Positions 55,701-64,000 of a stretch of 64,000 nucleotides of DNA are shown here, in pieces. The notes beneath the pieces are model-generated. The model was not told the DNA's origin. It saw only the letters and a list, made by a program, of their open reading frames with translations, and searched no databases. The translations under genes and the position numbers were made by a program. Numbering within the stretch: position 1 is the stretch's first letter; each line of letters starts with the position of its first letter. Location of the stretch: NCBI RefSeq assembly GCF_963853765.1, contig NC_088855.1, positions 38,254,001 through 38,318,000 on the forward strand. The letters are read 5' to 3'. Source of the stretch: Magallana gigas. Its lineage: Eukaryota.

Positions 55701-58700
55701 AAGATTATTTTGTACCATTGATGTACATTCTTGAACTCGTATTACAATTTTTTATCCGTAGGGTCTGCGGACTTTGTTGGGATAAACTTCTACACATCAT
55801 CCCGAGTATTTCCATCCAAATTTCCAGTAAATGACGTAAGCTACGGTACAGACAAAGAAGCAGATTTTGATCTGGATCCAAGCTGGCCAAGGTAATGGTT
55901 GCTTATTCTTCGAAGATTTTCGCTTTACTACACGACTCTTACAGTAATGGGTGTGACTTTTTAAAATAACTATACTATATGAATATAATCACTTGTTGCT
56001 GTTGTTATAGGTCTGGATCGAGTTGGTTGAGGGTCACTCCATTTGCAATAAGAAAACAGTTAAAATGGATCAAAGATCGTTATAACAATATTCCAATGTA
56101 CATCACAGAGAATGGAGTGACTGATAGAAATGGTTCATTGATAGACACACATAGAATCAGCTATTATAGAGCTTACATCAATGAAGTACTCAAAGGTACC
56201 TTCAACCTACAATTTATTACGTTGAAGAAAAAGTGTAATTATTCTTATAAACAACGTCAAAAACATGATGTTAGACTTTTGCATTTAACTTTTATTAAAC
56301 TTTGCATATGTGTGTATTAAATTGCATTATCAAAACATATGACTGCACTTTCAAATGAACAATATTCTGCTTGATTCTAACAATTCTGATTATGTTGATA
56401 GCCATAAGATTGGACAGTTGCAACGTGTTGGGATACACGGCATGGTCTCTTATTGACAACTTTGAATGGAACAGTGGCTATTCCGAAAAATTTGGACTAT
56501 ACCACGTAGATTTCAATGATCCCGGCAAAAAACGCACACCAAAGGCGTCCGCGAGATTCTATAAGCAAATTATAGCTGAGAACGGCTTCAGCCACGGATA
56601 CACTGGAATAGGTGGGCGTGGCACTGCCCCTAAGCACGAGGACGGGATTTACTACGACACGTTTCCGGATGGGTTTGTCTGGAGTTCGGCTACCGCGGCC
56701 TATCAGGTGGAGGGGGCATGGAACGAGGATGGTAGGGATACTTTTTATTTTAAATTTTCTTGAATAAAAAGCGTGAATGTGATTAAGTATGATGCTAAGT
56801 TTATGTTTTGGGGTGAAACACTGTGTAACGTGAACACTGTGTAACGTGAAGTGTGAATATATTCCTCATAAATATATACATGTATCATTATTGACATATG
56901 TGTTAAAACCACCTGGTTTTCAGAATGTCCATTGTACATATTTTAAATTTGTTTTTTGAATGTTCCACCGTAAAAAGCACACATCCTGAAGGTTATGACT
57001 TACGACAAACATTTGCCAGCTAGGCTGAACTTTTGTCAATTGAAACATAAAAATATCTAGATTTTTATATTAAATATTTATTTTGGCAAAAAGATGAATA
57101 TGGAAAAAATGATATACGAATGTGGGTCTAGTGCCTAATGACAAATAGCCGTAGATATGATGCTATTTGCTTGATTTATCGTATCCCGTAGTCTCCACAG
57201 CTGTGCAAGTTGCTCTAAATAACGACAAGCTTGTTTAAACATTTCGCAGCGAGGATGGGCTCATATATTAATCCCATTGACATTTTTTTACCTTATCTCC
57301 TGGAGAAACTAAAGAATCTAACTTTCAAAACGCCAAGATGTACCCTAAGTGTATTTGCGCATTCTAACGTTTCATATATTCTGAAGTCTGCATCTCCGAA
57401 ACAAGCATTTTATAGATCACTAGGTGGAAGGTTCTTGCCATAGCAAAAGTTAGTCATTAGTGCAAATGTACTTTGCGTGTATATGTAAACCACTACATTT
57501 ACATGTAAGCCATTTGAACAAAACGTTCAATTTCTTTAAGTAAGATTTGCCTAAATTCAACAATATTCATTTTGTATTTTTAGTTAACTTAAAGAAGCAT
57601 TGTTTTTAAACGTTATGGCCAGACTCATCCGAAATATTGATAAGCCACATAAAAATCAAATTTTGAAAACTTCAACAAAATTTATTTCGTTTATCTTAAA
57701 AGTCCTGTGCTTACTTTTCGTTAATTTATATTCAAATATATCAATTGCTTTCAAAAGCGTATGTGAGGAGGGGGGAGGGCGAAAATGTAGCAAATCAGTT
57801 AAATTGAAGTACATTGTTCATATATTATTTTTCGCTTTGAGGGTGACATTATATAAATAGTGCCTTTTTGGGAGGGTAACAGTTTCGAGGGTTGTCAATT
57901 TCAATTATTACACTTTCATGTTAAATACTGAAATCTGATTGGCTTAGATGCAGTTGATAATCCGTTCTATCACCCTCAGCGTTAGCAACGCACTTGGCAA
58001 CAGGTAACACAACGAATTGTTACATGCGCGTAAGTTATGCGCGTACGGTTCGCCGTAGAATTCATGTCATTTTTATATAAAAGCAGTAAAATTTTCTCTT
58101 AAAATTAAGACATTGTATAATAAAATAAATAGTGCCTGTTTGGGAGGGTAACTGTTGAATTTGACACCCATCGAAAACCACTGTCAACCTCCGCTTCGCG
58201 TCGGTTGACAATGGCTTTCTCGGGGTGTCAATTTCAACAGTTACCCTCCCAAACTGGCACTATTTATATACTGTTATCCTCCCAAACAGGCACTATTCAT
58301 TTTATTATACTGAATGTCTTAATTTTAAGAGAAATTTTTACTGCTTTTATATAGAAATGACGTGAATTCTACGCCAAAACGTACGCGCATAATTTACGCG
58401 CATGTAACAATTTGTTGTGTTACCCGTTGCTAAGTGTGTTGCTAACGCTGAGGGTAATAGAACGAATTGTCAACTGTGTGTCAACCAATCAGATTTCAGT
58501 ATTTAACACGAAAGTATAATAAAAAGAGATGTTTCCGAAAAGCCTGGAATGGTGACTCCCGATGTAGCTGCAGTACTCTAGCTCCCGGTCCGAAAAAATT
58601 CGGATTCATGAACGACCCGATTTTTTTTAATTTTTTTTTTTTTTACATTTTTATGACTGTTTGAATTCGAACTCGGTTATTCATAATCAGATATTATTGC

Positions 58701-61700
58701 ACGCTAGAAAGCATTTTTTCGGTGCAATATAATTGTGGGAGTGGGGGTGTTATATAACTTGTAACACTGTGCCGGATAATTATGCCAGTGCCAAGGTGGC
58801 ATTTTTGCACCCGCTTAAGCTGCATATATCGAAAAATTCAAATATGCCAAATGATAGACCATTGTCTAGAGAGTATATAACCGCTTTTGTTTTTAGTGTG
58901 TTTCACCTGACAGGTGAGATATTTACCTTTCAAAAATAAATTCCTATAGGAAAATAATTTTTCCCATAGGAAAATAAATATTCCTATAGGTAAATTGAAA
59001 TTTCCTATCGGAATACAAGAACTTCCTATAGGAATTTCAATTCCTATCGGATTTGATAAAATCCGATAGGAAAACTTAATATCCTATAGGAAAACTACAT
59101 GTCTGAATCAAATTCCTACAGGAGTTACCATTCTCCTATGGGAAATATAATTCCTACAGGACTTTTACAAAATCCTATAGGATTGTCAATATTTCCTGTA
59201 GGAGAGTCAATTCTCCTATGGGAATTATCATTTTCCGATGGGATATTAATTTTTAAAGGTAAATATCTCACCTGTCAGGTGAAACACACTAAAAACAAGA
59301 GTGGTTATATACTCTCTAGACAATGGTCTATCATTTGGTATACATGGATTTTTCCAAAACTGTATCTTAAGCGGGTGCAAAAATGCCACCTTGGCACTGG
59401 CATAATTATCCGACACAGTGTTTTGTGTTATGCAGTAAGTATTCTTTAAAAACCCTTAAAATTTTCAGGTAAGGGGCCAAGTATCTGGGATGTAAAAGCT
59501 CATGAAAAAGATTACATCAACAACAACGAAAACGGTGACGTGGCATGTGACAGTTACCATAGATACAAAGAGGATGTCCGTCTGCTGAAAGATTTAGGGG
59601 TAATACGTCACTTTTTAATCTTTTTACAAAATATTTTGTCGACATACTTTCCATTAAGTATATCCAATGTTTTTCTTTTTATTTCATTAGCGACTTAACA
59701 GAATTACCCTTTGAAGTAAAACATTACATGTTCCGCGGGTATTAGGAAAGCTCTATACTAGATGTTAATAAAAACCAAGGGCTAAAAAATGTTTGCAAAG
59801 GAATAAATACTCGTCGGTATCTAAATCTTGCACAAGGTGAACGTTGTCAAAGAAATTTTTAAGTACTCACAGCTGCAACCTAAAATGTGTTAACAAATCT
59901 GTTATTCTACTTTTATATCCATATCTGTAACTTTCATGGTAGATTGTTACATTACCTAAATATCAATTATTTCTTTTTCAAAAACAATATTAGTATTTTA
60001 AAAAATAGGTTTCGCACTATCGTTTCTCCATCTCCTGGCCTAGAGTATTTCCTAACGGTACGAAAGAAAGCAAGAACCCGCTAGGAGTCCAGTATTACCA
60101 CAACTTGATTGACGAACTGAAGAAAGCCGGCATAGAACCGATGATCACCCTGTATCACTGGGATCTTCCACAGGCCCTGGAAGAGAGAGAAGGAGGGTGG
60201 ATGAACGAGTCCATTGTTAACCGCTTCCGAGACTATGCGGACTTCTGCTTTAATGAATATGGAAACAAAGTGAAGTTGTGGATCACCTTTAACGAACCTT
60301 GGATTGTGTCGTGGCTGGGATACGGCGTGGCGAGTTTCGCTCCGAACAAATATGGTCCCGGCACCAACACTTATATCGTTACACATAACTTGATCAAATC
60401 TCACGTTGCAGCGTGGCACATATACAATAACACATACAGGGCAACTCAAAAGGGTAATGCATATACATATTTAGAAAATGAATAATTTAAGTATATTATA
60501 AGATATTATATGACTGCTTAAAAAGGTGAAGTATTTTATACCCATGAAAATTATATTTGCTTAGAGCTAGGGACACATATTCCATATTTCAGACAGTTTT
60601 GAGACATATAGTGCCCGTGAACGACGTGCACTGATTAATTCCAAAAATTCTATAGTTCGTATAATGTTTATTTTGACATCAGGGGTTGTTGGAATCACCC
60701 TTAATGTTGGCTGGGCGGAACCGGAAGACCCGTACAATCCAGATCACCTGGAGGCCTCAGAGAGGGACATACTGTTTAACTTTGGTTGGTTCGCAAATCC
60801 AGTAGTATATGGCAACTATCCCCAAGTTATGATCGACAGAATTCAACAGAAAAGTAATATTCAGAAGCTGAATGTTAGCAGACTCCCGGTGTTTTCCAAA
60901 CAAGAACAAGAAAACATGAAAGGTTAGCCTTAACGCTCGATGCATTGCAGAATGTTAACTACAAATTAATTCTAAGGTGAAAATTTACTTTGAGATGAGA
61001 AGTTGTTTATTTTCTTTCTTTGTATATTTATTATTATGCAGGAGCTACAGACTTTCTGGGTTTGAACTTTTATACGTCCAGCATCGTTTATCCGAAAGAC
61101 GACCGGACCGACATCAGCTATGACGCCGACAAAGGAACCGCGGCAAAGTCGGATCCTACCTGGATAGGGTATAAATCTAGCATTAATTGTAGTGTACTTG
61201 TCGTGAAATACTAATCTAAATAGAAGATTCTTCTACGTACTATCAGATATATAAAAAGCTTACTCTATCAAATTGGGTAATGTTATCAGAAATCACCAAC
61301 ATTAATGGCGGACCATATTTAACAGACAATTTTGTTATGGAATTATATCAAATCATACAAGTCACGTTTAATGTATATCTTACCAAAAATGCCATAAAAG
61401 AATTAGGACCATGATTGACTTGTCCTTTCAAATCATACAGATCTGGTTCAGGCTGGCTGAAGGTAACTCCTTTTGGGCTTCGCAAGATGCTGAACTGGAT
61501 AAAAAATCATTACAACAACATGCCAGTATACGTCACCGAAAATGGAATATCGGATAAAAACGGCTCTCTGACTGATTACCATAGAATCCATTATTATAGA
61601 ACCTACATCAATGAAATGCTTAAGGGTAATAAGCGGATTTTTGTTTGTTAACAGAAAATATACTATAAACTAGCCGCGACCATTTAACCACTTTAATTAT

Positions 61701-64000
61701 TTCAAACATCATGATAATTATGAATATTCGTTTTGTTTTTAGCCGTAAAGTTAGATAAATGTAACGTCAAGGGATATACTGCCTGGTCTTTGATGGACAA
61801 TTTGGAGTGGAGAGCGGGATATTCGGAACGTTTCGGACTTCACTACGTCGATTTTAACGATAAAAATAGAACAAGGACACCAAAGGCATCAGCTAAATTT
61901 TACAAGCAGCTGATCACTGAACATGGATTCAAACCGGGCTATTCTAGCATTGGTGGTCGAGGAACGGCGCCAGCTTTAGAACAGGAGTTCTTCTACGACA
62001 CGTTTCCCGACGACTTTGTCTGGAGTACAGCTACGGCTTCTTATCAAGTGGAGGGGGCTTGGAACGAAGACGGTATATAAAGATTGATTTTGGATTGATT
62101 TGCAATTGATCTTAAGTTTATGTAAGAAGCAGATAATTTATGATGTATATTGAATGATATCCAACCCCAATAATTTGCAATGTATAGGTCGAGGTCCAAG
62201 TATCTGGGATACCTTTGCCCATACGCCAAACATCATGGACAACAATGCTACAGGTGATGTGGCTTGTGACAGCTATCATAAATATGAAGAGGACGTAGCG
62301 CTTCTTAGAAACCTTGGGGTATGGACTCGGAGTAAACTACGTTTATTAAAATTTCTATCTTGCAATCAAGTACACCCGCATTACGAACGATAACTCTTAA
62401 TATTAAAAATGTTTGTACAGGTTTCCCACTACAGATTTTCTATATCTTGGTCGCGAGTACTTCCGGACGGAACAACGAAATACGTGAATGAGTTAGGTGT
62501 TGAGTATTATAATAATCTAATTGATGAGCTGCAGAGGAACAACATCCAGCCCATGGTGACCCTCTATCACTGGGATCTACCGCAGGCCCTTGAGGACAAA
62601 GGAGGCTGGTTAAATGAGACCATGGTGGAGTATTTCCAAGAGTATGCCGAATTTTGTTTTCAAAGATTCGGGGATAGAGTAAGAAAAATTATAAGTACTT
62701 CGTTGTTATTCGCTTGTTTTCTAAGTCTGATATAGTAAAAATTCTGTTTATTCTTATATTGGAGAAAAGGGCAATTCTGGTGGGCATTATAGTTGAAAAA
62801 AAAAAATAAAATTGATGAAAGTGACCAACGATTGCATGCGAGAGCAAGATTTTAATCCTGTTATCGATGAAATTATCTATAAAAAAACGGGGAAAAGTTT
62901 TCTGCATGATTAAACTCCACTGTCAAATTTTTTATCATTAAGTCTTCAATTCCATTGATCTACAATTCAAGTCAAAACTATAAAATATACAATTTTTGTA
63001 TGAACCTCGTTAATTTTCTGGCAATTTTCAAGTTGCAAAGATTATTAAATAGTTAGTGTCTACATCCAGCAGGTATTTTAGCTGTATTTCTTCAGATCAT
63101 TGATTGTTAAAATTAAATTTTTATCTCAATATTGCAATCCAATTATTTAATATAAAATTTATTATTACATCATCATTGTACTTTCTAAGTGATATGATTA
63201 TGATATTCATATGTAAGTCTCGACAAGAAATGGAGCTTTGACCCTCTCATATTCAATTGGGTATTTGATTTTTGTATTTGACGATTTTTGAAGAGTGTTC
63301 AGTCAATTTGCTTCAATAATTAAAGTAATTTTAAACAGCATTTTAAATCGATATCATGATAATTAAATAAATGTAGTTCTTTGAGAGAGGACGTTTAACA
63401 TCAAATATTTTGATATAATAATTCATTTTCCTTTTTATGTACACTTTCTTCGCCTTATTCAAAATATTTTAAAATGGATCTAAAAAATTTTGTGATACCA
63501 ATTTGAATTTTCAGGTTAAGTTATGGATATCCTTCAATGAGCCCTGGATAGTATCCTGGTTGGGATATGGTGTCTCATCATTTGCTCCAGCGAAATGGGG
63601 CCCCGGCACCAACACTTACATCGTGTCGCATAACATCATCAAAGCCCACTCGAAATCATTCCACACTTATAACGATACATACAGGAGTACCCAAAACGGT
63701 ATTGATTTGTTTAACTATTTGAAAACATGTTCAATAAGGAAAAAAAATAACAACACAGCATTATGGAGAAAATAAATTTTGTTAAACTTATAGTTTTTGG
63801 AATTCCTTAAAATTAATATTTTGATGACACAGTACATGTATAAGGTTTAGTAAATGCTCTGTTGATTGGTGCACTGTAGGTCAGTTTGGAATTACGTTGA
63901 ACGTCGGATGGTCCGAACCGGATGACCCGTTTAATCCGGATCACTTGAAGGCTTCAGAGAGGGCGCTACAGTTCGACTTTGGTTGGTTCGCTCACCCCAT
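52754..64000 (+). CDS. LCT-like: Multi-domain (>=3) GH1 lactase-phlorizin hydrolase-like protein, 3'-incomplete (>1,259 aa)
   Basis: Exons 52754-52811, 53983-54090, 54401-54531, 54776-55033, 55144-55327, 55434-55676, 55762-55891, 56011-56195, 56402-56731, 59469-59599, 60009-60453, 60683-60922, 61042-61168, 61441-61625, 61743-62072, 62188-62318, 62421-62678, 63515-63698 and 63880->64000, all GT-AG and in phase. Signal peptide [20 protein letters not shown]; NEP in domains I-III and TENG in domains I-II. Confidence 0.92.
57850..58522. mobile_element. Fold-back/MITE composite forming a ~618-bp inverted repeat in an intron
   Basis: Arms ~57905-58140 and ~58270-58522 are reverse complements around an inner hairpin (58127-58265, centre GTCAACC-TCCGCTTCGCGTC-GGTTGAC). 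A truncated extra copy lies at 57850-57904. Confidence 0.8.
58765..59420. mobile_element. Non-autonomous DNA transposon with CACTG...CAGTG ends, ~170-bp TIRs and an internal CCTATAGG array (CMC/EnSpm-like)
   Basis: TIRs ~58765-58935 and ~59250-59420; 15 CCTATAGG-like motifs at 58943-59242; no intact TSD seen. Confidence 0.75.

Noticed and set aside
58943-59242. CRISPR-like repeat-spacer appearance
   Set aside because: Repeats are only 8 nt, lie inside a TIR element in a eukaryotic intron, and there are no cas genes.
59099-59449. 116-aa ORF (and 58733-58939)
   Set aside because: Lie within the non-autonomous inverted-repeat element; no transposase motifs.

Overview
AT-rich, intron-containing animal DNA, most likely a bivalve (probably an oyster, inferred from the pearl/Helentron-type element and the CR1/L2 and Kolobok-type repeats). 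There are no rRNA, tRNA or CRISPR features. The window has two gene neighbourhoods. (1) About 3.5-45.7 kb: a plus-strand tandem array in which seven coding-intronless otopetrin-family (proton channel-like) copies alternate with eight copies of a 4-exon gene for a small secreted 10-Cys prokineticin/colipase-fold peptide. One otopetrin ORF is intact, two carry single-base frameshifts and four are clearly broken. Three peptide genes are intact (110, 115 and 117 aa) and five are pseudogenes or relics. The ORF track misses all the peptide genes; I assembled them by hand. The array was built by at least two nested duplications, the latest a ~21.4-kb tandem duplication (3570-24611 vs 24990-41589), and is littered with LINE remnants and MITEs. 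(2) About 46.5-64 kb: two head-to-head multi-domain glycoside hydrolase family 1 (lactase-phlorizin hydrolase-like) genes whose ATGs are 477 bp apart. One is a complete 15-exon, 965-aa, two-domain secreted protein; the other has at least three domains and runs off the window. Most interesting: the repeated otopetrin + peptide module, a conserved G-[KR]-R processing site inside the peptide's disulfide-tied loop, and substitutions at conserved otopetrin pore motifs. Functional links between these genes are hypotheses only.
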